Origin: Welwitschia mirabilis
Lineage: Eukaryota
Assembly: GCA_051453625.1 (NCBI GenBank)
Contig: JBOZIK010000001.1
Location: 42,897,092-42,939,385 of the forward strand
Direction of reading: 5' to 3'
DNA: 42,294 bases
In this document: positions 1 to 10,634 of the stretch, in pieces
Layout: each line of letters starts with the position of its first letter
Position numbering within the stretch: position 1 is the first letter of the stretch
Translations under genes and position numbers: made by a program
Notes under the pieces: model-generated
Seen by the model: the letters and a program-made list of their open reading frames with translations, nothing else
Database searches by the model: none
Told to the model about the DNA's origin: nothing

Positions 1-23
1 TTTATAGGGTTCTCGATCTATCA
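1..23 (+). repeat. 3' end of LTR0 (truncated by the window start)
   Basis: tagggttctcgatctatca matches the ends of the other LTRs (e.g. ctagggttcttgatcctatca at 24436-24456) and is followed by the PBS. Confidence 0.85.
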
Positions 24-25
24 TT

Positions 26-36
26 TGGTATCAGAG
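26..36 (+). other. Primer-binding site (tRNA-iMet), unit 1
   Basis: TGGTATCAGAG, 2 nt after the LTR-terminal CA; the canonical plant copia PBS. Confidence 0.9.
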
Positions 37-89
37 TGTAGGTTAGTCTTTGAGAGATTTTTATATATCTAGACTTAAGAGCCATAAAA

Positions 90-2186
90 ATGAGTAAACT
101 GACTAATAGATTTTTAATTAGTCATCCATCCATGTTCGATGATTCAAACTATGCCTATTGTAAATCTAGGATGAGAATCTTTCTTAGATTCCTCGATTCC
201 AATGTAGAGGAAGTTATATACAAATGTCATACCATGTCTAAGATAACCCAAACAGATGCAAATAGCAAGACTACCTTAGTCCCAAAATCCCAAGACTAAT
301 GGACTTCCATAGATAAATCAAAAGCCACTATTGATGCCAGTGCTCTTAATGCTATTTTTTATGCAGTATGTGTAGATGAATTAAAAATAATCATGAACTA
401 TAACTGTGCGAAGAAAACTTAGGATATTTTAAAAGTTGCATCTAAAGAAATATCCATTGTTAAACAAGAAAAACTATAAATTCTTATTTCTAAATTTAAA
501 GATATTCATATGAATGATGAAGAAACCTTGAAGGAATTTTTTGCTAGACGTACAGATATAGTGAACTTAGTGACAAGCCTCGAAGAATGCAAGAAAGAAA
601 GCGAGGTGGTAAAGAAAGTGTTGAGATCCCTATCCAAGAGATTCAAACCAAAGGTAACATCCATTAAAGAAAGTAAAGACATCCATCCAATGGTATTAAA
701 AGAACTTCAAGATAATCTTTAAATCTATGAACTTAAGTTTACTAAAGATAGAAGAAAACGTATTGCTTTGAAATGTGTATAGGAGAATTACAAATCTAAC
801 AGATCAGATGAAGAACTCGATGACGATGAAGTGGCTCTTCTAGCCAAGTATTTCAAAAGATTTCTCTATAGGAAAAAGGAAGGAAAACCAAGTAGGAATC
901 CAAGGAGAAGCAACCCAAAACAAAGAAAAAAGCAAGAAAAGGGAAAGAAAATCTAGTGCTATTCATGCAGAGGGTTTAGACATATGGTCAACAAATGTCC
1001 CAATACTAGAAGAGAAAATAAGAAACCTAAAAACACCTTATTCATGATAACTTGGAATAATGAAGATAATGAAGATGAGAAAATCTATTCAGACCATAAA
1101 TTAGACAAAGATAGGAGATTATTTTTCATGGCTCTAGTACCATCACTGAAAATGTACCTAGTACTTCAATACCTAATAATTTGAATATGATTAATAAAGA
1201 GGAATATAAGCTAGAAGACACATGTCAAGAGTTGTATGAAGAATGTGAAAAGCTTACCAAGAGAATCAATGAGTTAAATAAAAGAGTGAAAACTATCACA
1301 AAGAATAAGAAGGAAGTGAAAGAGAAATGCAATATGCACAAATCTGATAACATCATTTTAACTACTCAGGTAAATGATATTTTATTCTTTGTAAGTAAGT
1401 CTTCTGGTAGTTTATCTAAATTGGAACAGATGCTTGAAATACAAAAGTTAAATGGAGGCAAATCAAGTATTGGTTTTAGAGCATAAATATCATGAAAATA
1501 GGTAAATCAAATAAGTAGGTATGTGCCTAATCTTTTGTATAATTTTTGTGGTAGGTTTGGTCATTATAAATCTTTTTGCAAAGTTAGACAGTTGATGCTT
1601 TTTTCTAAAAATGTAAACTTATTATCTTTTAAATTTATTCCTAAGAAAAATGCACCACTAAGTTAAATAAGACTAAATGGGTTAAAGCTAATAATCTTAA
1701 AAGCTTTATGACACAGATAAATTTTAGAGGATCACAATTAAATAGTTGATATCTAAATAGAGGTTGTTCAATGCATATGATAGGAGATAGATCAAGCTTT
1801 CAAAACTTAAAGAGTATAAATAGAGAAGAAGTCATTTTTGGAAACAACAAAACAGCAAAATAGAAGGTACAGGAAGCATCAAATGAGGTATGTCATCTAA
1901 CCTTGATAATGTACTTTATATAAATGGTTTATAGCATAATTTATTAAGTATTAGTCAACTTTATAATAAAGGGTATAGAACAATCTTTGATAAGTCAAAA
2001 TGCATAGTTGAGAATGAGAAAATAAATGTTGTTATTTTTAGAGAAAAACATATTGATAATACTTATAGACTAGATGTTAAAACTCTTTATCAATTATTTC
2101 ATGTAAACCAACATTTTAGGAAAGGTTTTGATAAAACTAAATCTTATTCTATTAAATTTGTTAAAACCCCAAGTTCTTGCAATTAA
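90..2186 (+). pseudogene. gag: Unit 1 gag-protease pseudogene (copia gag, zinc knuckles, aspartic protease; no IN/RT/RH)
   Basis: HPSMFDDSNYAY..RMRIFL N-terminus; VVKKVLRSLSKRFKPKVTSIKESKD (UBN2-type gag); CYSCRGFRHMVNKC knuckle at 957-998; decayed WYLDSGCS near 1747-1770; NLLSISQL motif. Many stops and frameshifts. Confidence 0.88.
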
Positions 2187-2239
2187 TTTAACTATTATAA
2201 AAGTGATCTAAAGGCCAATACAAAATTCCTTAGCTAATT

Positions 2240-2601
2240 GTAGGGTGGTTGACAAGATTTATGATTTGGTCAACCAGATGTGGTCGGTTAACTAGCTTGA
2301 GAGCCTAATTGCACATACCCCTTTTAGTACTACAGATCCATGTCTCCACAGATCGATCAGAACATTGAGTGGTCGATCAGACCTGACAGATTATAGTGTG
2401 AAAGTATAGTTAATGAACCCAATTTCTTTCTCAAATATGCTCTATTTCCTTTAATCTATAAAAGAGATAGAATCTTAGCTTGTTTTTATTATGATTTAGT
2501 GCCTTTTAGCTCTCACATTTAGTGCTTTTCTCTCAAGATCTAGAGTTCTTATTTTCAGATCCAGTATTTTTCTTAGTTCTTATTCTTTCAAGGATCTTAG
2601 A
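2240..2601 (+). promoter_or_regulatory. Putative internal promoter of the env-like ORF (equivalents at ~9240-9601, ~15110-15465, ~20900-21266)
   Basis: About 5 decayed GGTCGACCGG motifs, then CTATAAAA (2456-2463; also 9456, 15327, 21122), then a CT-rich leader ending at the ATG about 140 bp later. Conserved in all four units. Confidence 0.55.
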
Positions 2602-3641
2602 ATGGCTGCAAGTTCTTCCAAGAGAAGAGGAAAGGAAGTTACTTCAAGGTAACCTTACTAATTCTATCAAGAAATATCTAAAGAAGACATTGACAAGTTT
2701 TTTAATAAGTTTGAGAATAAAGTTATGTGTCAAGAGTGATCTATAGTCATATCAAAACTTAGGAAACTCAAGAAAGTCATCCAGCTCTTGAAAGATCAAG
2801 ATCTAGACCACTTCTTAGATGTTTTAGGTCCTACTTATTCTTTTCTTACTAGAATGTTTTATTATAATGCTTTTTTTAACCATGATTCTAGAACTCTTAA
2901 AACCCTTATTTTGGGTAAGAGGTTGAGAGTAATAACAAATCTTATCTCTTAGCTAACTAATTTTCCAATAGGAAACTATGAAGATTTTTACCCTACTGGA
3001 GATACCATGGAAGACAAGCCAGCAGTTACTAGAGAGCTTTGTGGTAAAGTAAATTCTTGGAAGCACACGTTATCTACTTCCTTATTGACTTTTAAATATT
3101 ATTTCATCCATGTGATCTTTACTTATAGCTTTTTTTCTTTAGTTGGCCATCGTGATGAGGCCTCCTACTACTGAGCATATTTGATGTATTTAGTAGGTAC
3201 AAAGCATTCCATTGATGCTTCTGCTATAATACTGAAAAATATGGCCTCATAGCTAGAGTACCACAGAACTAAGGCTTTACCCTCTTCTATACTTATCACC
3301 AGTATTTGTTGTTATTTTCATGTTAATATTCATCCTAAGTTGGAATCGCTTCAGCCTATGTCATCCATTGGGTGTGTGACTTTGTCTTGCATGCATATCT
3401 TTGCCCCTCCAAGAAATCCCCTTCTAAAACTCTAAAGAAAGCATCTTCAGATGAGACTCTTTCATATCTATAGCAGATTGAATCTCACACCAGATACATA
3501 AAAGAAGCCTTCATTACAGCTGGATATAACATTGTAGATACCTTAGCTGAGGCTATTAGCTCTACTTGTACTAGAGGAGATGAAGAAGATTCAGAGGAAT
3601 AATCTAAAAAGGAAGAAGAAGAGGAGGAAGAATTAGATTAA
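2602..3641 (+). pseudogene. Unit 1 env-like / extra ORF pseudogene (Sirevirus 3' ORF, Transposase_32-like motifs, acidic tail)
   Basis: ATGGCTGCAAGTTCTTCC start. Cross-unit consensus motifs YPFLxRMFYxN, YLMYLVGT.HSIDA.AIILKNM, ALPYSILITSIC.YFHV, and terminal EEEEEEELD*. Lies between the pol remnant and the PPT. Confidence 0.75.
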
Positions 3642-4112
3642 GCTTTCTTGTCTTTTCAGGTTATGTTGTGTTATTCTCTTTTTTGCTTTTGTTATCAAAA
3701 AGAGAGATTTGTGCTTATTTGTAAAATGTTTTAGATGTATGCTCTTGATGAAAAATTTTTATTCTTCAGCTAGAATCCTTGTAATGATTTGTTTCTTTAA
3801 TAAAAATTAGTTATATGTTTGAGCATAATCTTTGCATTATTTGGTGTTTCTCAGTTTGTAGCATAAAATTTTATTGTGCCTATTTTTGGAAAGTATTAAA
3901 TTTATTATCTCAATTAAAGATGAACAAAAATATGTGTATCTTTAAAATTTATGATTGTATCTGATCACATCTTACATTATTATTTGATATCATTGTGTTT
4001 TCTCGATTTGTGCATTTTCAAAACTTTCTACATTTAAAATCTCAAAAATGTTGTCTTTTCAAAATGCCTAAATGTGTACCAAATTCTTAAATTATCATTG
4101 TTTATTCATTTG

Positions 4113-4791
4113 NNNNNNNNNNNNNNNNNNNNNNNNNNNNNNNNNNNNNNNNNNNNNNNNNNNNNNNNNNNNNNNNNNNNNNNNNNNNNNNNNNNNNNNN
4201 NNNNNNNNNNNNNNNNNNNNNNNNNNNNNNNNNNNNNNNNNNNNNNNNNNNNNNNNNNNNNNNNNNNNNNNNNNNNNNNNNNNNNNNNNNNNNNNNNNNN
4301 NNNNNNNNNNNNNNNNNNNNNNNNNNNNNNNNNNNNNNNNNNNNNNNNNNNNNNNNNNNNNNNNNNNNNNNNNNNNNNNNNNNNNNNNNNNNNNNNNNNN
4401 NNNNNNNNNNNNNNNNNNNNNNNNNNNNNNNNNNNNNNNNNNNNNNNNNNNNNNNNNNNNNNNNNNNNNNNNNNNNNNNNNNNNNNNNNNNNNNNNNNNN
4501 NNNNNNNNNNNNNNNNNNNNNNNNNNNNNNNNNNNNNNNNNNNNNNNNNNNNNNNNNNNNNNNNNNNNNNNNNNNNNNNNNNNNNNNNNNNNNNNNNNNN
4601 NNNNNNNNNNNNNNNNNNNNNNNNNNNNNNNNNNNNNNNNNNNNNNNNNNNNNNNNNNNNNNNNNNNNNNNNNNNNNNNNNNNNNNNNNNNNNNNNNNNN
4701 NNNNNNNNNNNNNNNNNNNNNNNNNNNNNNNNNNNNNNNNNNNNNNNNNNNNNNNNNNNNNNNNNNNNNNNNNNNNNNNNNNNNNNNNNNN
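4113..4791. other. Assembly gap (679 N)
   Basis: N run; the homologous stretch in unit 2 (about 11105-11222) is only ~120 bp. Confidence 0.99.
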
Positions 4792-4799
4792 AATTCTTG

Positions 4800-4993
4800 A
4801 TGTCAAAGGAGGAGAAATGATAGTACTTAGAAATGATAGTATTTTACTCTTTACTTGAATGTGTATATTCCGTAATGAAAAGAGGAGTTTTGATTCTTAA
4901 TGTATGATTAAAAGTATTTAGTGAATGAGCTTAAAACTATTCATATTTTTTGAAATCACTTAATTGTTTACCATCATTATCAAAGGGGGAGAT
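4800..4993 (+). other. Multiple polypurine tracts, unit 1
   Basis: tgtcaaaggaggag (4801), atgaaaagaggag (4875), and terminal caaagggggagat (4981-4993) abutting the LTR. Confidence 0.85.
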
Positions 4994-6400
4994 TATTAGA
5001 TTATATTTGCAAGTGATGTTAAATTAATTTCTCTTATATAGTGGAAAAATATTATATCTTTTCTACAAATGAGATTAAGTTTTGCAGGTGAAAGAATTGA
5101 ACCAAAATGCACTAGAGAAACTACTAAGTTATGTTAACCTCCAGTGGGGGTCAACTAGATACTAAAGGGATCACCTACACCTGAAGCAGTTGCAAAGAAA
5201 TGAAATAAATCCAGAGGGGTTGACCGGATTCTTATGAGGTCAAATGAACCTATAACCAGAAGAATCAGTGTTCTTGAATCAAATGACAAGGGGTCAACTA
5301 GATGCTTATGGGGTTGACTGGATTTGAGGACCTAACAGATAGTAGTTTCAGATCGAGAGACAAGGAATTGATCGAATCCAGAATTGGATCAACCAAACTG
5401 GGGTTAACTAGATCCAAATGTGGTTGACCAGTCTTGGAGACATAAAAACTTGGGACCATCAAAGTCTTCTCTTGGGTGACCTATGTAATTCATGGCACCA
5501 TATGTGGTCAACCAGATTTTTCTGGGGTTGATCGAATAGCACAGAAAAGAAATTTATCAAAATATCATGTAGTCATTTCCTAGCCATTATCTAGCAGTTT
5601 TCTAGCTATTTATAGCCATTGGAGGTGCAATTCATTTATAATAAATTCTAATAACCTTTTATTATAAATAGCTAGGTAATATATGATCTAGAGATCATTT
5701 GGCACTATACCATTTTGTCATAATCATTGTGGATCTAAAATATCAAGTTGTATTTCTATTGGCATATCATTGTATTTCTTCACATCTGATAGAGAATATC
5801 TATCTTTGGCAAAAGAGCTTTATTAAGAATTATATCTAAGAGCTTCATCACTATGATCTATTAAAGAAGAGATTTATTTATTGTACTACTACTAAATGTG
5901 TAATATCTCAGCAATCAAGGCATCATCATTTCATCACATTCATTGCTTCTAATGGTTGAGACTTAGCCTACAAAAGTCCATTATTAAGGTTGAGAATTAA
6001 CCTGCAAAAGTCCATAGTTAAGGTTAAGACTTAGCCTACAAAAGTCCATTGTTAATATTGAGACTTAGCCTATAAATATTTGCTTGTAAGGATTATATGT
6101 GAACCTAGTAAAATCTATGAAGTAATAGAGATCCAAGATCAAGCTTAGAAGAAGCTAATTGTTGAGAGTGGAGTAAGGGAGTTCTTGAATCACTATAAAT
6201 CCTACATGCATCAAAATGCATAGTTTGTGCTTTTTTGTCTTTTTATTCTTTTCTTATAGTTTTTCAATTTTATATGTACATTCTTGATTCCATTATTTTT
6301 TATATGCAAACTATGATTAGATAGTATTAATTTTGTTTTAAGCATAAGTTTTTTGAACGAACCTATTCACCCTCCTCCTCTAGGATTCTCAATCCTATCA
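4994..6400 (+). repeat. Shared LTR1 (~1407 bp)
   Basis: Starts TATTAG (decayed TGTTAG) after the PPT; GGTCGACC cluster ~5145-5540; TATAAATA 5663-5670; 34-bp repeats; ACCTATTCACCCTCCTCCTCTAG; ends TATCA followed by PBS. Confidence 0.92.
5952..6078 (+). repeat. 34-bp tandem repeat (~4 copies) inside each LTR (also ~12382-12510, ~18256-18385, ~24003-24135)
   Basis: Unit AAGGTTGAGACTTAGCCTACAAAAGTCCATTATT, read directly in all four full LTRs. Confidence 0.9.
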
Positions 6401-6402
6401 TT

Positions 6403-6414
6403 TGGTATTAGAGC
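6403..6414 (+). other. Primer-binding site (tRNA-iMet), unit 2
   Basis: TGGTATTAGAGC (one C>T change). Confidence 0.85.
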
Positions 6415-6466
6415 ATAGGTTAGTATTTGAGAGATGTTTACAGATCTAGACTTAAGAGCCCTAAAA

Positions 6467-9187
6467 ATGAGTAACTCAACTAATGGATTTTTAACTGGTC
6501 ATCCACCTATGTTTAATGATTCAAACTATGCCTATTTGAAAACTAGGAAGAGAATCTTTCTTAGATCCCTAGATGCCAATGCAAAGGAAGTCATATACAA
6601 AGGTCATACCATGCCAATGATAACCCAAATAGATGCAAATGATAACACTACCTTAGTTCCCAAATCCTAAGACCAATGGACTCCACAGATAAACTAAAAG
6701 CCATTGTTAATGCTTGTGCTTTTAATGCTATTTTTTGTGTAGTATGTGCAAATGAATTTAAAAAATCATGAACTATAACCATGAAAAGGAAGCTTGGGAT
6801 ATTTTAGAAGTTGCACATGAAGCAACATCCATTAAAAACAAGCAAAACTACAAATGCTTATTTCTAGATTTAATGATATTCAAATGGATGATGAAGAAAC
6901 CTTGCAAAATTTTTTTGCTATACTTACAGATATAGTAACCTCAATGGCAAGCCTCAAAGAATACATGGAAGAAAGTAAGGTGGTAAGGAAAGTGTTGAGA
7001 TCCCTACCCAAGAAATTTGAACTAAAGGTAACAGCCATCGAAGAAAGAAAAAACATCAATGCAATGGCATTGAAAAAACTTCAATGTAATCTTCAATCCT
7101 ATAAACTTAAGTTTACTAAAAATAGAAGAAAAGGTATTACTTTGAAATGTGTACAGCAGGATTACAGATCTGACAGGTCAGATGAATAACTCATTAACAA
7201 TGAAGTGGCTCTTCTAGACAAATGTTTTAAAAGGTTTTTCTACAAGAAAAAGGAAGAAGAACCAAGTAGGAATCCAATGAAAAGCAATCCAAAACAAAGA
7301 AAAGAACAAGAAAAGGGAAAGGAAATTCAGTACTATTCATGTATAAGGTTTGAACATATGGCTAACAAATGTCTTAGCACTAGAAGAGAAAACATGGAGC
7401 CTAAAAACACCTCATTCATGATAACTTAGAATAGTAAAGATGATGAAGATGAATAAANNNNNNNNNNNNNNNAGTAAAACTTCAAATGCTTATTTCTAAA
7501 TTTGAAGATATTCATATGGATGATGAAGAAACCTTACAAGAATTTTTTGCTAGACTTATAAATATAGTGAACTCAATGGCAAGCCTTAAAGAACGCATAA
7601 GGAAAGGAAAGCGCTAAGGAAAGTTCTAAGATCCCTACCAAAGAGATTCAAATAGAAGTTAACAACCATAGAATAAAGTAAAAACATCAATGTCATGGCA
7701 TTGGAATAACTTTAAGGTAATCTTCAAAACTATGAGCTTAAGTTTACTAAAAATAGAAGAAAAGGTATTACTTTGAAATGTATGCAGGAGTACTACAGAT
7801 TAGATAGGTTAGATGAAGAACTTGATGTCAATGAAATGGCTCTTCTAGCCAAGCGATTTAAATAGTTTTTTTATAGGAAAAGGAAGAATAATCAAGTAGG
7901 AATTCAAGGAGAAGCAATTTAAAATAAAGAAAGGAGCAAGAAAAGAGAAAGAAAATCTAGTGCTATTCATACAAAGGATTTGAACCTATGACCAACGAGT
8001 GTCCCAACATAAGTAGAGAAAAAAGGAAGTCTAGAAACTCTTCATTCATAGCAACCTAGGATAATGAAGATGATGAAGATGAGAAGAACTACTCAGATTA
8101 TAAATTAGACAGAGATAGTGGTTATTTTTTATGGCTCTAGTACCATCACTCAAAAATGTGCCCAGTACTTCAATACCCAATGATTTAGATATGATTAATA
8201 AAGATGAAGATGAGATAGAAGATACATCTCAAGAGATGTATGAATAATATAAGAACCTTACTAAGAGAATCAATGAGTTAAACAAAATAGTGAAACTATT
8301 ACAAAGGAGAAGAAGAAAGTGATAGAGAAATGCAATGTGCTCATATCTAATAACATCATTTTAACTACCTAGGTAAATGATTTTTTCATTTTAAGTAAGT
8401 TTTCTAGTAGTTCATCTAAATTGGAATAGATACTTGGAATATAAAAGCCAAATGGAGACAAATCAGGTATTGGTTTTGGAGCACAAATATCATGACAATA
8501 GGTAAATCAAACAAGTAGGTATGTACCTAATATTTTATGTAATTTTTATTGTAGATTTGATCATTCTAAACCTTTTTGCAAAGTTAGAAAGTTGATTCAT
8601 TTTTCTGAAAATTTGAACATATTACCTTTTAAATTTGTTTCTAAGATAAATGCACCACCTAAGTCAAATAAGACTAAGTGGGTTAAAGCTAACAATCTTA
8701 AAAGCTTTGTGATACTGATAAATTTTAGAAGATCACAGTTAAATAATTGATATCTAGATAGTGGTTGTTCAATACATATGATAGGAAATAGATCAAGATT
8801 TCAAAACTTGAATAGCATAAATGAAAGAGAAGTAATATTTGGAAACAACCAAATAGCAAAAAAGAAGGTACAGAAAGCATCAAAGGAGGTATGTCATCTA
8901 ACCTTGATAATATACTTTATGTAAATGGTCTACAACACAATTTATTAAGTGTTAGTCAACATTTTAATAAAGGGCATAGAATAATCTTTGATAAATTAAA
9001 ATGCATAGTTGAGAATGAGAAAATAAATGTTGTTATTTTTAATGCAAAACATATTAATAATCTTTATAGATTAGATGTTAAAACTCTTTATCAATTATTT
9101 CATGCAAATCAGCATTTTAAGAAAGATTTTAATAAAATGGAATCTTATTCTATTAAATTTGTTAAAACCTCCAATTCTTACAATTAA
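6467..9187 (+). pseudogene. gag: Unit 2 gag-protease pseudogene, with a ~615-bp gag segment represented twice across a 15-N gap
   Basis: GHPPMFNDSNYAY; VVRKVLRSLPKKFELKVTAIEE; *YLDSGCS at 8748-8771 (catalytic DSG retained); NILYVNGLQHNLLSVSQ. Bases 6841-7457 are repeated with divergence at 7473-8087. Confidence 0.88.
7458..7472. other. Assembly gap (15 N) joining two different unit copies
   Basis: N run; the sequence after it restarts ~615 bp earlier in the unit. Confidence 0.95.
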
Positions 9188-9601
9188 TTAAACTATCATA
9201 AAAGTGATCTAGAGGTAAGTACATCTCTCTTGGCTGATTGTTGGACAATCAACTGGATCTATGATTTGGTTAACCAATTGTAATTGGTTGACTGGCCTAA
9301 GAGCCTGATTGCCCAGACCCATTCTAGTACTTCAGATCCATGTCTCGATAAATCGACAGGAACTTTGAGAAGTTGACTGGATTTGACGGATTAAAATACA
9401 GAATTATAGTTGGTAGACCTAATTTATTTCTCAAATCTTCCCTATTTTCTTCAATCTATAAAAAAGATAAAACCCTAACTTGTTTTTATTATACTCTAGT
9501 TTATCCTAGCTCTTAGATCTAGTGCTTTTCTCTTAAGATATAGAGTTCTTTTTTTTAAATCTAGTATTTCTCTTAGTTCTTCTTCTTTTAAGGCTCTTAG
9601 A

Positions 9602-10634
9602 ATGGCTGCAAGTTCTTCCAGGAGAAGAGGAAAGGAAGCTGCTTCAAGGGAACCTTCCTAATTCTACCAAGGGATGTCTAAAGAAGATATTGAGAAGTTC
9701 TCTGATAAGTTTAAGAAGAAAGTTGTGTATCAAGAGTGATCTATAGCCACATTAGAACTTAGAAAACTTAGAGAAGTTATTCAAATCTTGAGAAATCAAG
9801 ATTTAGAAAATTTCTTGGATGTTTCAAGTCCTACTTATCCTTTTCTTATTAGAATGTTTTACTGTAATGCTTCTTTTGACTGTGATTCTAAGACTTCTGA
9901 AACCCTTATTTTAGGTAAGAGGTTAAGAGTGATAGCAAATCTTATCTCTCAGCTAACTGATCTTACAAAGGGAGACTATGAGAAGCTTTGGCCTTCCAGA
10001 GATACCATAGAAGATAAGCCAGCAGTTACCAAGGAGCTTTGTGATAAACTACATTCTTGGAAGCACATGTTATTTACCTTCTTATTTATTTGTAAATATC
10101 CTTTCATTCATTTGATCTTTACTTATAACTTTCTTTTTTTTAGTTCGCCATTATGATAAGGCCTCTTTCTACTGAGAATATTTAATGTATTTAGTAGGTC
10201 CAGAGCATTCCATTGATGCTTCTACTATAATACTGAAAAATATGGCCTCGTAGCTGGAGTACCATAGAACTAGGGCTTTACCTTACTCTATTCTTATCAT
10301 CAGTATTTGTCATTATTTTCATGTTAATCTTCATTCTAAGTTGGAATCTCTTTAGCCGATGTTACCCATTAAGTGTGCGACTTTGTCTTGCATGCATATC
10401 TTTGTCCACTCCAAGAAATCCCCTTTTGAAATTACAAAGGAAGCATCTCTAGATGAGACTCTTTAATATCTGAAATAGAGAACCAGACATATGAAAGAAG
10501 CCCTTATTATAGCTAGATATAACATTATAAATACCTTAACTAAGACTACTAGCTCTTCTTGTATTGAAGGAGATGAAGAAGATTACGAGGAATAATCTGA
10601 AGAGGAAGAAGAAGAAGAGGAAGGATCAGAATAA
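9602..10634 (+). pseudogene. Unit 2 env-like ORF pseudogene
   Basis: MAASSSRRRGKEAASREPS*FYQGMSKEDIEKF... then ORF 9788-10156 (PTYPFLIRMFYCNA...LGKRLRVIANLISQL); acidic C-terminus. Confidence 0.78.

Noticed and set aside
4072-4820. Long ORFs of 234-248 aa (and 102-117 aa at 18792-19182)
   Set aside because: They consist almost entirely of X from N gaps; artefacts.
5952-6078. 34-bp repeats as a CRISPR array
   Set aside because: Repeats are contiguous with no unique spacers, lie inside a plant LTR, and no cas genes are present.
1499-9661. Exact 7000-bp offset between homologous sites of units 1 and 2
   Set aside because: Coincidence of the estimated gap length plus the duplicated segment; the other units have a ~5.8 kb period.
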